Below are positions 50,041-59,573 of a stretch of 64,000 nucleotides of DNA, piece by piece. Source of the stretch: Rikenellaceae bacterium. Lineage in GTDB: Bacteria; Bacteroidota; Bacteroidia; Bacteroidales; Rikenellaceae. The position numbers were made by a program, and so were the translations under genes. The notes below the pieces were generated by a model. That model ran no database searches, had not been told where the DNA came from, and was given only the letters and a program-made list of their open reading frames with translations. Numbering within the stretch: position 1 is the stretch's first letter; the number at the start of each line of letters is the position of its first letter. Location of the stretch: positions 23,912-87,911 of the forward strand of contig JAWXTF010000001.1 in NCBI GenBank assembly GCA_044433965.1, read 5' to 3'.

Positions 50041-50823
50041 CTAATCAATAGAGAACATAGCAGCAGCGGCAGCGGTTGTTATCTGGGCGACTCTCTCCAC
50101 CGGCACAGCATGCAGGTCGGCTATTGTTTTAGCGATCAGAGGGATGTATGACGATTCATTACGTTTTCCGCGGTGGGGAGTAGGTGTTAGGTATGGGGCA
50201 TCTGTTTCGAGCACTATACGAGATAGCTCCATCGACGCAACCACGGGTGCGAGGGCTGATTTTTTGAATGTCACCACACCCCCTATTCCAAATAGGAAGT
50301 CACCAAGGTTCATTATCTTATTATAATCCTCAATTGTTCCGGTGAAAGCATGGATCACACCCCTTAGCCCGCGTGCGGCGAATGGTGTTAGGGATTCTAT
50401 CAATGCGTCCCACGCATCGCGGCAGTGGATGGCTACGGGGAGGTTATATTTTAGTGCCGCCTCTATTTGGAGTGTTAATGCTTCGCGCTGCTGCTCTTCG
50501 AACTCGCGGCTCCAGTAGAGGTCTATACCTATCTCACCCACAGCGCAGTAGGCTCCAGCGTTTGCCGCAAGGAGCCTCTCCACCTCTTCTATCTCGGTTC
50601 GCCACTGAGGGTTGTCATTGATTGATGTTGGGTGCACCCCCACCATTGGAATGCAACAGCCGTAGCTTTGAGCAATTGCTGTGAGTGCGGGTCGACATTC
50701 TGAGTCAATGTCGGGGAGCAACATATGTGAGACTCCGGCATTGAGGGCACGGGCAACCACCTCATCGCGGTCGAGGTCAAACTCCTCGGCGTAGAGGTGG
50801 GTATGAGTATCAATGAATCTCAT
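50041..50823 (-). CDS. tatD: TatD-family hydrolase
   Basis: Motifs IDTHTHL, GEIGID, HCR, HAF and LETDAPYL. Confidence 0.95.
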   Translation of the reverse strand: MRFIDTHTHLYAEEFDLDRDEVVARALNAGVSHMLLPDIDSECRPALTAIAQSYGCCIPMVGVHPTSINDNPQWRTEIEEVERLLAANAGAYCAVGEIGIDLYWSREFEEQQREALTLQIEAALKYNLPVAIHCRDAWDALIESLTPFAARGLRGVIHAFTGTIEDYNKIMNLGDFLFGIGGVVTFKKSALAPVVASMELSRIVLETDAPYLTPTPHRGKRNESSYIPLIAKTIADLHAVPVERVAQITTAAAAAMFSID

Positions 50824-51746
50824 TATTGAGCAAGGAGGAATCTCTCACAGTCGAGTGCAGCGATGCATCCCGAGCCTGCGGCAGTTATTGCTTGGCGGTA
50901 GTGAGGATCTTTGACATCACCAGCGGCAAATACCCCCTCTACGGAACACTTCGAGGTGTTGGGCTCTGTTACAATATATCCCTCATTGTCGAGCGTTATT
51001 TGATCTTTGAAGAGCTCGGTGTTGGGGTGGTGACCAATAGCCACAAAGAATCCCATGATGTCGAGTGTGGTCTCTGTGCCATCTGTGTGGCGCACGAGAG
51101 CCCCAGTCACACCACTCTCATCGCCAAGCACTTCGGCTGTAGTATGCTCGAAGAGCACTTTGATGTTGGGGGTGTTGAAGAGTCTCTCCTGCATCGCCTT
51201 TGAGGCACGGAGATGATCCTTGCGCACGATGAGATATACTTGGCGGCATATCGAGGCGAGGTATGTAGCCTCCTCACAAGCGGTGTCGCCACCACCCACC
51301 ACAGCAACATCCTTTTTGCGGTAGAAGAATCCATCACAAGTTGCACAGGCGCTAACTCCCTGCCCACGATATTTGGTCTCGGAGGGGAGACCTAAGTATT
51401 TAGCTGTGGCACCAGTAGAGATGATAATGCTCTGCGCCTCAATCTCGTGCGATCCATCGACAACGACGTGGAAGGGGCGCGAGCTGAGATCCACACTTGT
51501 GATGATGCCAGTGCGGATATCGGCACCAAAGCGCTCTGCTTGGCGGCGAAGATCCTCCATCATTGTTGTGCCGTCGATACCCTCGGGGTATCCAGGGAAG
51601 TTTTCAATATCGGTGGTTGTGGTGAGCTGACCTCCAGGCTCCAATCCTTGGTAGAGCACAGGTGAAAGATTTGCTCTTGAGGTGTATATTGCAGAGGTGT
51701 AGCCCGCGGGGCCACTACCTATGATTAAACATTTTAGTGATTCCAT
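50823..51746 (-). CDS. trxB: Thioredoxin-disulfide reductase
   Basis: Motifs IIGSGPAG, GGQLTTT, CATCDG, VVGGGD and AAGDV. Confidence 0.97.
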   Translation of the reverse strand: MESLKCLIIGSGPAGYTSAIYTSRANLSPVLYQGLEPGGQLTTTTDIENFPGYPEGIDGTTMMEDLRRQAERFGADIRTGIITSVDLSSRPFHVVVDGSHEIEAQSIIISTGATAKYLGLPSETKYRGQGVSACATCDGFFYRKKDVAVVGGGDTACEEATYLASICRQVYLIVRKDHLRASKAMQERLFNTPNIKVLFEHTTAEVLGDESGVTGALVRHTDGTETTLDIMGFFVAIGHHPNTELFKDQITLDNEGYIVTEPNTSKCSVEGVFAAGDVKDPHYRQAITAAGSGCIAALDCERFLLAQ

Positions 51747-51758
51747 GATATATATAAT

Positions 51759-52106
51759 TTACAATTCAAAATTCAATTTTATAGCTGCTCCACCCCACGA
51801 ATTTATCTGGTGAGTCCTATTGTGAAGTATCTTAGAGCCATTTTTGATGGTTATCTGCGCCTCAAAGGGAGGATGATCGACAATAGGTTCATTCTTGCCT
51901 TGAGGGGTTATTTGGGGGATAAAGTAGATTATTGTCTCGATGCTGCTCGCTGCCTTCGCTTCGAGCCTCACGAAGTTTTCACCCTGCGCGCGGTGGGCAG
52001 CAACAAGATAGAGTTGAGTGGCAAGTGTGTCGAAGCCTCCACACACGACAATAGTATCGTAGCGCGAATATCCTATGTAGTTACTCTCAACAATTATCTC
52101 AATCAT
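51759..52106 (-). CDS. Hypothetical protein, 115 aa
   Basis: The start overlaps the lspA stop and the ORF fills the gap to trxB. Confidence 0.6.
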   Translation of the reverse strand: MIEIIVESNYIGYSRYDTIVVCGGFDTLATQLYLVAAHRAQGENFVRLEAKAASSIETIIYFIPQITPQGKNEPIVDHPPFEAQITIKNGSKILHNRTHQINSWGGAAIKLNFEL

Positions 52107-52732
52107 AGCTCTCTCTTCTTCTCTTCATGCTCGAAGTGCTGCATGCCAAATAGCAATAAGAGTACCGCACCTACCGAGATGTAGCTGTCGGCAAGATTAA
52201 AAATAGCTCCAAAGAAGTAGTTGTTGCTATCGACCAAGAAGGAAAGGAATGAAGGGACATTGTTCCATTGGAATAGAGGAAAGTAAAACATGTCGACAAC
52301 CTTACCCATCATTGGCGCCGCATAGGAGCCCCCGAAGTGTGCTACACTATGCACCGTAGACTCCGAGAAGATCATACCATAGAGCGCACAATCGATCATA
52401 TTGCCAATAGCTCCCGCAGTTATCATAACAATAGGTACCACAACCATAGTGTGGGTCCCCTTCTTAACCAAGTTCTTGATGTAGACCAACAAAAAACCAA
52501 TCAGCACAACCCTGAAAAGACTCAAGAAGAGCTTCCCCCAATCATAACTGCCACTCTGAGCTATCTGCATCCCAAACGCAGCCCCATTATTCTCGATAAA
52601 ACGAAGCTGAAACCAGTCGGGGAAGATTATTATCGCCTCCCCAAGTGAGAAATTTGTCTTGATCCAAAACTTTAAAAGCTGATCCAGTAGAATCAGAATA
52701 ACCATTATGATGGTTACATGTCTTAATTTCAT
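52103..52732 (-). CDS. lspA: Lipoprotein signal peptidase (Bacteroidota long type)
   Basis: Motifs LDQLLK, ENNGAAFG, GAIGNMID, VVDMF and IFNLADS. TAGCTTTG box on the minus strand at 52799-52806. Confidence 0.95.
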   Translation of the reverse strand: MKLRHVTIIMVILILLDQLLKFWIKTNFSLGEAIIIFPDWFQLRFIENNGAAFGMQIAQSGSYDWGKLFLSLFRVVLIGFLLVYIKNLVKKGTHTMVVVPIVMITAGAIGNMIDCALYGMIFSESTVHSVAHFGGSYAAPMMGKVVDMFYFPLFQWNNVPSFLSFLVDSNNYFFGAIFNLADSYISVGAVLLLLFGMQHFEHEEKKREL

Positions 52733-52876
52733 GCCTAATTATTGTATTTAGTAGTCAATAGTAGCCCAGATGAACTTCGTACACACCCTTAGCAGATGCA
52801 AAGCTACAATAAAAAAATCATATTGCGAAGAGTAAAGATCTATTTTGCAGGGCAAACACACGAAAATATTATCTCT

Positions 52877-53605
52877 TGCTGCCTTCGGCGGGCGCTTGCT
52901 TGCTTTCTGTGCGCTTTTTGCTTCTTTCTGTGCGCTTCTTTCTGCCTCCGGCGGGCGGGGATAGCACCCCCGCGGGTGCGTATCATTGCTTCTTTCTGTG
53001 CGCTTCTTTCTGCCTCCGGCGGGCGGGGATAGCACCCCCGCGGGTGCGTACCATTGCGCTTTGGGCTTAGAGATTGCATCTTTAAGATTATAAAGAGCAA
53101 GGAGTTGCCGCAAATAAATTTGCACAACTCCCTGCTCTTTATAATTTTTAAATGCCTTTGGCATTTAAACCCAAATCGAGGTGAACCTCGCTGATGTGGT
53201 GGTGGCAACCGAAGGTTGACACAGAGAGATCTATTATGAGGAGAAATGAAAGTTGGGCGTGTAAGAGATGTGAACCTCGCTGATGTGGTGGTGGCAACCG
53301 AAGGTTGACACAGAGAGATCTATTATGAGGAGCGTTGAAAATTCATTTTCAAAAGCTCATCATAATAGATCTCTCGCAGAGGGGCAAAGCCCCCACCACA
53401 TAAGTGCAACAAAAAAAAGTCAAAAACGAAGTTTTTGGATCCAAGCTTGCTTGGTGCCGCGCGGCATGAGCGCGATGAGCAAGCTCCCCAAGCGGCAACC
53501 CCAAGCAAAGCCCCACCACATAAGTGCAACAAAAAAAGTCAAAAACGAAGTTTTTGGATCCAAGCTTGCTTGGTGCCGCGCGGCATGAGCGCAATAAGCA
53601 AGCAA
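52877..53605 (+). repeat. Modular palindromic repeat family, copy 9 (longest; several modules duplicated)
   Basis: The left module occurs twice plus a partial, the middle module is restarted, and the terminal ~120 bp is tandemly duplicated (53401 vs 53521). Confidence 0.95.
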
Positions 53606-53659
53606 AACAAAGCAGCAAAACAAGTTGTACACCATGCGATTGCCCCTCAAAAAAAGTAC

Positions 53660-54409
53660 TTAGAGGTAGTTCAGGCGGCCCACGAATACACTTCGTCCCT
53701 CGCAGGTGCCCTCAATAGAGATGCACGTTGGATTTTGGTGCCAAGCTCCCAACAGTATCAACTCGCCAAATTTTGCTTCGTGGTTGAAGTTTAGTGTAAA
53801 ATCCTTAAGTGCATGCTCCTTAGATATTTGCAGTGGGGAGTGGTCGCACACCCACTCTAAGTAACGTGCATTGTTGACATGTTGGTTAACATCCATATCG
53901 GAGTATACGACCTTATGCTCGCCCACGGGAGTGGCTTGTCCCATGCACTCTATGCGCTCTGCCTCGGCTTCGAGGGCATCACTGTTGTAGGATAGAAGCT
54001 GCAACTCACTATTGCTGCCAAATATCCTATCCACTCGGCTTATGCGTCGCGTTTGAGTATTTATTATTAGCCACGAGGTGGTCACTTTGATTATTGGACG
54101 CTCCTGTGAGTCGTAGAAGATATAGTCGCGCAACGCAAAGAGTCCCGATTGCCGCTTGTGCCATGTGCGTACCCTTACCTGCTCTCGCCATGCGGGCAGC
54201 CGCTCAATCTGGGCATGCACTCTTGAGAGCACCCATGCTGCATTGAGTTCTGCGAGGAGGTCGTAGCCAAACCCCAACTGCGACGAGTGGATGTAGGCAA
54301 CCTCCTGGCAGATATTGAGTAGGGAGGTGGGTTTGAGGTAGCCCCAGATATCCATGTCGCATGACGAAACCACAAATGTATGGTCTAAATATGCTCCATC
54401 ATTTATCAT
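53660..54409 (-). CDS. Acyl-ACP thioesterase (FatA/FatB-like)
   Basis: Motifs WVLSR, VRTW, VVYSDMDVNQHVNNARY and E.K.GE. Confidence 0.9.
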   Translation of the reverse strand: MINDGAYLDHTFVVSSCDMDIWGYLKPTSLLNICQEVAYIHSSQLGFGYDLLAELNAAWVLSRVHAQIERLPAWREQVRVRTWHKRQSGLFALRDYIFYDSQERPIIKVTTSWLIINTQTRRISRVDRIFGSNSELQLLSYNSDALEAEAERIECMGQATPVGEHKVVYSDMDVNQHVNNARYLEWVCDHSPLQISKEHALKDFTLNFNHEAKFGELILLGAWHQNPTCISIEGTCEGRSVFVGRLNYL

Positions 54410-54420
54410 TGCGTCACCTC

Positions 54421-56214
54421 TTAAAGTTTAACCTTGTAGGGGGAGTACATCACCATACCATCCTTCGAGAAGAGTGGTTCGAGAGCCTGATGAGCGCTAT
54501 CCACCTCTTTGAGGTTGAGAGGGTTGGAGATGTTGAGAAGTGACTGAGCTTTGGCGCTCACGCCCGAGAGAATTGCAGCTAACCCTGTTAGCTCCTCGCT
54601 CATCTCAACTATGCGATACTCTTCGAGACCCGCCTTGTTGCCCGCTATCGCCACAGCCTCTTTGAGTCCTCCAATCGAGTCGGCAAGACCCAACTCAACA
54701 GCCTCGCTGCCACTCCACACACGACCTTGAGCAATTTCGAGCACCTTCTCCAGTGGTAGGTTGCGCCCCTGAGCAACAAGCGACGTGAAGCGAGAGTATA
54801 CCTTATCGACATTTTGAACCATCATCTTACGTTCAAAGTCGGTGAGGCTCTTCAAAGAGCTCATAAAGCCTGCCGAGGTGTTGGTCTGCACGCCATCGAA
54901 GGTTATTCCTAAATTATTTTGTAGTGCCGACTCCACATCGAACATAACGCTAAAAACGCCTATAGAACCGGTGATGGTGAGGCGGTCAGCCACGATAACG
55001 TCGGCAGGTGCCGAGATGTAGTAGCCTCCCGAAGCGGCATAACTACCCATAGATACGATTAGAGGCTTCTCTTTGCGTAGTAGCTCTAATTCGCGCCACA
55101 TAACATCGGATGCCAACGCGCTACCACCTGGTGAGTTCACACGAAGCACAACAGCTTTGATCGACTCATCGTAGCGAGCCTTGCGGATTGTGGCTGCTGT
55201 GGCATCGCCATAGACTTTGTTGTCGGATCCATTTCCATCGACTATACTACCCTCGGCATAGATTATAGCTACCTTCTCGGCACCATAGCTGCTTAGAGGC
55301 TCGCCAAGTGAGAAGATGTAGTCGCTGAAGGAGATGTAGTTCACCTTATTGTCGTCGCCATTGATCTGAGCACCAGCCTCACGGAAGAGCGCGGGGAGTT
55401 GATCCTCATAGATCAATCCATCGACCATACCTCTCTCAAGTGCCAACTCAACATCCATACACTCCAAATTATCGGCAATTGAGTTTACCTGATCGAGGGT
55501 GAGACCACGCGACAGAGCGACATCGCCCGCAATAACACCCCACATAGAACCCAATAGCTGCTCCATCTGAGCACGGTTGGCTGGCGACATCTTGTCTAAG
55601 ATGTAGGGCTCAACAGCCGACTTGAAGCGACATGTGGAGGGGCGAAACACCTCAACGCTCATATCCAATTTGTCGAGTAGCCCCTTGTAGAACATGGTGC
55701 TGGATGCCATACCCTGCCAGAACATCATCCCCTCGGGCTCCACATAGAGCTTATCGGCAACCGAAGAGAGGTAGTATCCCGATTGAGTGTAGATGTCGTT
55801 GTAGGCGATAATTGGCTTGCCGCTCTTCTCCTTGAAGAGTGCAAGGGCTGAGCGGATCTCCTCCAATGCTGCGGTAGAGACGCTCGACATAGGGCTGATG
55901 TGGAGGTATATAGCCTCAATATTATCATCCGTTGTGGCTGCCTCAATTGCGGTGAGTGCATCAAGCAGTGTGAGGCTTGGCACCATCTCCATTGTGGAGA
56001 AGTTGAGCTGCGCAAAGGGGTTTGTTTGAGGCGCCTCCGAGAAGGTCTCATTGAGCTCAATTTTGAGAATCGACTCTGCGGAGAGTGTAACCTCCTCACT
56101 AAGACTCAACGAACCCGCAAAGCCAATAAGAAGAACTAACCAAAGTATAAAACCAAGAATGCCACTGACAATAGAGCCAAGCACAACAATCCAAAATAGT
56201 TTAAAATAATTCAT
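54421..56214 (-). CDS. sppA: Signal peptide peptidase SppA (67K type)
   Basis: Motifs YYLSS.AD, FKSAVEP, LRVNSPGGSALASD, SMGSYAASGGY, TGSIGV and GRVWSG. Confidence 0.96.
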   Translation of the reverse strand: MNYFKLFWIVVLGSIVSGILGFILWLVLLIGFAGSLSLSEEVTLSAESILKIELNETFSEAPQTNPFAQLNFSTMEMVPSLTLLDALTAIEAATTDDNIEAIYLHISPMSSVSTAALEEIRSALALFKEKSGKPIIAYNDIYTQSGYYLSSVADKLYVEPEGMMFWQGMASSTMFYKGLLDKLDMSVEVFRPSTCRFKSAVEPYILDKMSPANRAQMEQLLGSMWGVIAGDVALSRGLTLDQVNSIADNLECMDVELALERGMVDGLIYEDQLPALFREAGAQINGDDNKVNYISFSDYIFSLGEPLSSYGAEKVAIIYAEGSIVDGNGSDNKVYGDATAATIRKARYDESIKAVVLRVNSPGGSALASDVMWRELELLRKEKPLIVSMGSYAASGGYYISAPADVIVADRLTITGSIGVFSVMFDVESALQNNLGITFDGVQTNTSAGFMSSLKSLTDFERKMMVQNVDKVYSRFTSLVAQGRNLPLEKVLEIAQGRVWSGSEAVELGLADSIGGLKEAVAIAGNKAGLEEYRIVEMSEELTGLAAILSGVSAKAQSLLNISNPLNLKEVDSAHQALEPLFSKDGMVMYSPYKVKL

Positions 56215-56340
56215 AATGCTTTTTATTTGAAAAAGTTAATAATCGATATATGTTACAAAGATAACGATTTAAAAGCATTATTGCAATAATAAAAAATAAA
56301 CGTAGCAAGTAAACGCGCGAAAAAAAATTGCTCATCGCGC

Positions 56341-56806
56341 CTTGGGTTGTTTGGGTTGGGTATGGGTTTGGTTGGTAGTTGGTTGCTTGGTAGTTGGTTG
56401 CTTGGTAGTTGGTTGCTTGGTAGTTGGTTGCTTGTTGGTTGGTTGCTTGTTGCAGCTCTTTGAGCTGCTCGCCCTCTGCGCATTTTTGTTTCAAAAATGC
56501 TTTTTTTGAGGGAGGGCGATGGCTGGGGACTGCGCTCATGCCGCGCGGCACCAAGCTTAGCTTGGATGCAAAAGCCTTTGGCTTTTGACTTTTTTTTGGT
56601 GTTTGCTTTGGTGTTTGCTTGGGTTGGTTGCTTGCTTGTTGCAGCTCTTTGAGCTGCTCGCCCTCTGCGCATTTTTGTTTCAAAAATGCTTTTTTTGAGG
56701 GAGGGCGATAGCTGGGGACTGCGCTCATACCGCGCGGCACCAAGCGAGCTTGGATCCAAAAGCCTTTGGCTTTTGACCCCTTTGGGTTTGTTTGTTACTT
56801 GTTGCA
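56341..56806 (-). repeat. Variant of the modular repeat (copy 10): tandem duplication plus a 15-mer array
   Basis: GGTAGTTGGTTGCTT x4 (56374-56433), then two near-identical units that share gcgctcatgccgcgcggcaccaagc..cttggat with the main family. Confidence 0.9.
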
Positions 56807-58048
56807 GCTTCCCGCGATCATCGTTCCATTGAGGAATACTTTTTCGATCAGGGGAGAGGTGTAAGCGTAGGTGAAGTAATCAAGTGAGGGTATAGGCTTA
56901 GTAATAAAGAAGTTAGCTACTTTCCCCACTCCTATCGAACCATAGTTGTTGCTTTCGCCCATGGCGGCGGCACCATTTATTGTTGTGGCATTTATCGCCT
57001 CGGTGGGTGTCATGCGTAGTGTCATTGTAGCCAGCGAAGCTATCATGCGCATTGAGCCCATTGGCGACGACCCCGGGTTGAAGTCGGAGGCTAAAGCAAC
57101 CTTGGCGCCAGCCTCAATCAAGCGGCGAGCAGGAGGGTAGGGTATACCCAAAAAGATAGCGGCTCCAGGCAGGAGTGTAGCCACCGTCTCGGCTGTCGAG
57201 AGTGCCTCTATCTCGGGCTCTTCGATCCTTTCGAGGTGATCCACCGAGAGTGCGTTGTGTGCCACTCCAAGCTGCACACCGCCCGAATTGGCAAGCTCAT
57301 TGGCGTGAATCTTTGGACGCATGCCATGCTTTGCGGCAGCCTCCACTATGCGCTCAGTCTCGGAGAGTGTGAAGAACCCTTTGTCGCAAAATACATCTAC
57401 AAAGTCCGCTAAGGAGTCGGCAGCTACCGCCGGTATCATCTCGTTGATAATCAAGTCGACATACTCCACTTGGCGGTTAGCGTAGGCGCGTCCCACGGCA
57501 TGAGCCCCCAAGAATGTTGAACGCACGGCAAGTGGCGATGTCTCACCTATGCGGCGCACAACACGGAGCATCTTCAGCTCATCCTCGGTGGTCAATCCAT
57601 ATCCGCTTTTGATCTCTACGAGTCCTGTGCCCTGCGCAATGATCTCGTCTATGCGCCCCATAGCTTGGGTGTAGAGCTCCTCTTCGGTTGTTGCGTGGAG
57701 CAGGTCCGCCGAGTTGAGTATTCCGCCACCTCGCTGGGCTATCTGCTCATAGCTAAGTCCATTGATCTTGTCGACATATTCGCCCTCGCGGCTACCTGCA
57801 TATACAAGGTGTGTGTGCGAGTCGCAAAACGAGGGGAAGAGATATCCCCCTTTGGCATCGACCACTTTGGTTGCCTCAACCTCGCAGGGCTCATCCATCG
57901 AGCCCCATCCAGCGAAGCGATCATCCTCGACAAGCAACCAAGCGTTGTTGAGGGTCTCTATTTGAGACATCTCGGCACCTCGTAGCGACTCCACACCCTC
58001 GGTGTCGAGCCCTACAAGGCAACCAATATTAGATATTAGGAGCGTCAT
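56795..58048 (-). CDS. hutI: Imidazolonepropionase
   Basis: Motifs DSHTHLVYAGSRE, EIKSGYGL, GAH, DVFCD, HANEL, DHLE and ASDFNPGS. The ATG at 58048 overlaps the hutH end. Confidence 0.96.
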   Translation of the reverse strand: MTLLISNIGCLVGLDTEGVESLRGAEMSQIETLNNAWLLVEDDRFAGWGSMDEPCEVEATKVVDAKGGYLFPSFCDSHTHLVYAGSREGEYVDKINGLSYEQIAQRGGGILNSADLLHATTEEELYTQAMGRIDEIIAQGTGLVEIKSGYGLTTEDELKMLRVVRRIGETSPLAVRSTFLGAHAVGRAYANRQVEYVDLIINEMIPAVAADSLADFVDVFCDKGFFTLSETERIVEAAAKHGMRPKIHANELANSGGVQLGVAHNALSVDHLERIEEPEIEALSTAETVATLLPGAAIFLGIPYPPARRLIEAGAKVALASDFNPGSSPMGSMRMIASLATMTLRMTPTEAINATTINGAAAMGESNNYGSIGVGKVANFFITKPIPSLDYFTYAYTSPLIEKVFLNGTMIAGSCNK

Positions 58049-59522
58049 TTTCTGCAATAAATTTTACTGAACTTGCGATGTGTGTGTAGAGCACCTCATC
58101 GCAGTCGACAAATGGTACAATCTTGCGGTACTCGGCAACTACCTCCTCAATTATAGCGGAGCTACGTAACGGACGTCGGAACTCCAACGCCTGAGCAGCA
58201 TTGAGCAGCTCGATAGCCAACACACGCTCCACGTTGAGCACCACTCTGCGTAGCTTGGTAGCAGCATTCGAGCCCATACTCACGTGATCCTCCTGACCTT
58301 GTGACGAGGTGATAGAGTCCACCGAAGCAGGCATGCATAACCCCTTTGTTTGGCTCACAATAGAGGCAGCAGTATATTGAGGAATCATAAATCCACTATT
58401 GAGACCCGGCTTAGCGACCAAGAAGCTTGGCAAGCCCCGCACACCAGCAACCAATTGATATACACGGCGCTCAGCAATATTGGCAAGCTCCGCCATAGCT
58501 ATCGCCAAGAAGTCCATCGCAAGGGCTATAGGCTGTCCGTGGAAGTTACCTGCCGAGATAATCTCGTCGGTATCCGGAAATATCGTTGGGTTGTCGGTGG
58601 TAGAGTTGATCTCAGTTGTGATAACACTCTCGACATAGGCTATACTATCTTTCGAGGCGCCATGAACCTGTGGAATACAGCGGAAGGAGTAGGGGTCTTG
58701 CACAGCCTTGCCCTCAGCCGAAAGCATCTCGCTACCCTCCAACAGTGCTCTAAAGCGACGAGCAGTCTCGATCTGCCCTGCATGCGCACGCACCTGCTGA
58801 ACATTGTCGCTAAAGGGCTCAATACGTCCGTTAAAGGCGTCGAGCGCAAGAGCTCCCAACGTGTCAGACCAGTCACTAAGGCGCTTCGCCTTGATGAGAG
58901 ACCACACACCATAGGCACTCATAAACTGAGTACCATTGAGAAGCGCCAAGCCCTCCTTGGAGTGGAGCGTAACCGCCTTCCACCCAAAGTGATCATTAAC
59001 TACCGCCGATGCCATGACCTTACCTTGATACTCCACCTCACCAAGACCCAAAAGTGGCAACGAGAGGTGTGCCAAGGGCGCTAAGTCTCCCGAAGCACCC
59101 AGAGAGCCCTGCTCATAGACCACAGGCAGAATATCGTTGTTGTAGAGCTCGATCATACGTTCGAGTGTCGTGAGCTGCACTCCCGAGTGACCATAGGCAA
59201 GTGACTGAATCTTAAGGAGTAACATTAGCTTTACAATAGGTGAGGCTACTCTGTCTCCCGTGCCACAGGCGTGCGACATCACCAAGTTGGATTGAAGCTG
59301 CGAAAGCTCACCTGGACTTATCGAGATGTTGCAAAGAGAGCCAAAACCTGTAGTGACACCATAGATGGGACTCTCCTGCGTAGCCATCTTCTCATCGAGA
59401 TATTGACGACACTTGGTGACACGAGTGCGTGCATCGTCACTAAGGGTGATTTTGTAGTTCTGCTCTAAGATTGTGCGTAGCATATCTATTGTAAGATGCT
59501 CAGCGCTAATTTGGTGAATCAT
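58029..59522 (-). CDS. hutH: Histidine ammonia-lyase
   Basis: YGVTTGFG, the MIO-forming GASGDLAPL, KEGLALLNGTQ, QDPYSFRC and NFHG. Confidence 0.97.
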   Translation of the reverse strand: MIHQISAEHLTIDMLRTILEQNYKITLSDDARTRVTKCRQYLDEKMATQESPIYGVTTGFGSLCNISISPGELSQLQSNLVMSHACGTGDRVASPIVKLMLLLKIQSLAYGHSGVQLTTLERMIELYNNDILPVVYEQGSLGASGDLAPLAHLSLPLLGLGEVEYQGKVMASAVVNDHFGWKAVTLHSKEGLALLNGTQFMSAYGVWSLIKAKRLSDWSDTLGALALDAFNGRIEPFSDNVQQVRAHAGQIETARRFRALLEGSEMLSAEGKAVQDPYSFRCIPQVHGASKDSIAYVESVITTEINSTTDNPTIFPDTDEIISAGNFHGQPIALAMDFLAIAMAELANIAERRVYQLVAGVRGLPSFLVAKPGLNSGFMIPQYTAASIVSQTKGLCMPASVDSITSSQGQEDHVSMGSNAATKLRRVVLNVERVLAIELLNAAQALEFRRPLRSSAIIEEVVAEYRKIVPFVDCDEVLYTHIASSVKFIAENDAPNI

Positions 59523-59573
59523 AGTGTTTTGGGTTGTGTATTTTTTTTGATATTTCTTTCTTTCTTTTTGTTT

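Noticed and set aside
9880-53794. Many 60-140 aa ORFs over repeat copies (for example 10324-10635, 14782-15108, 15287-15655, 32562-33002, 43588-43908, 52748-53208, 53283-53794)
   Set aside because: They are translations of the repeat in several frames and on both strands, with starts, lengths and frames differing between copies. They are not called as genes.
56201-56759. ORFs 56201-56743 and 56253-56759 on the minus strand
   Set aside because: They lie entirely in the tandem repeat and the 15-mer array, and have no protein-family signal.
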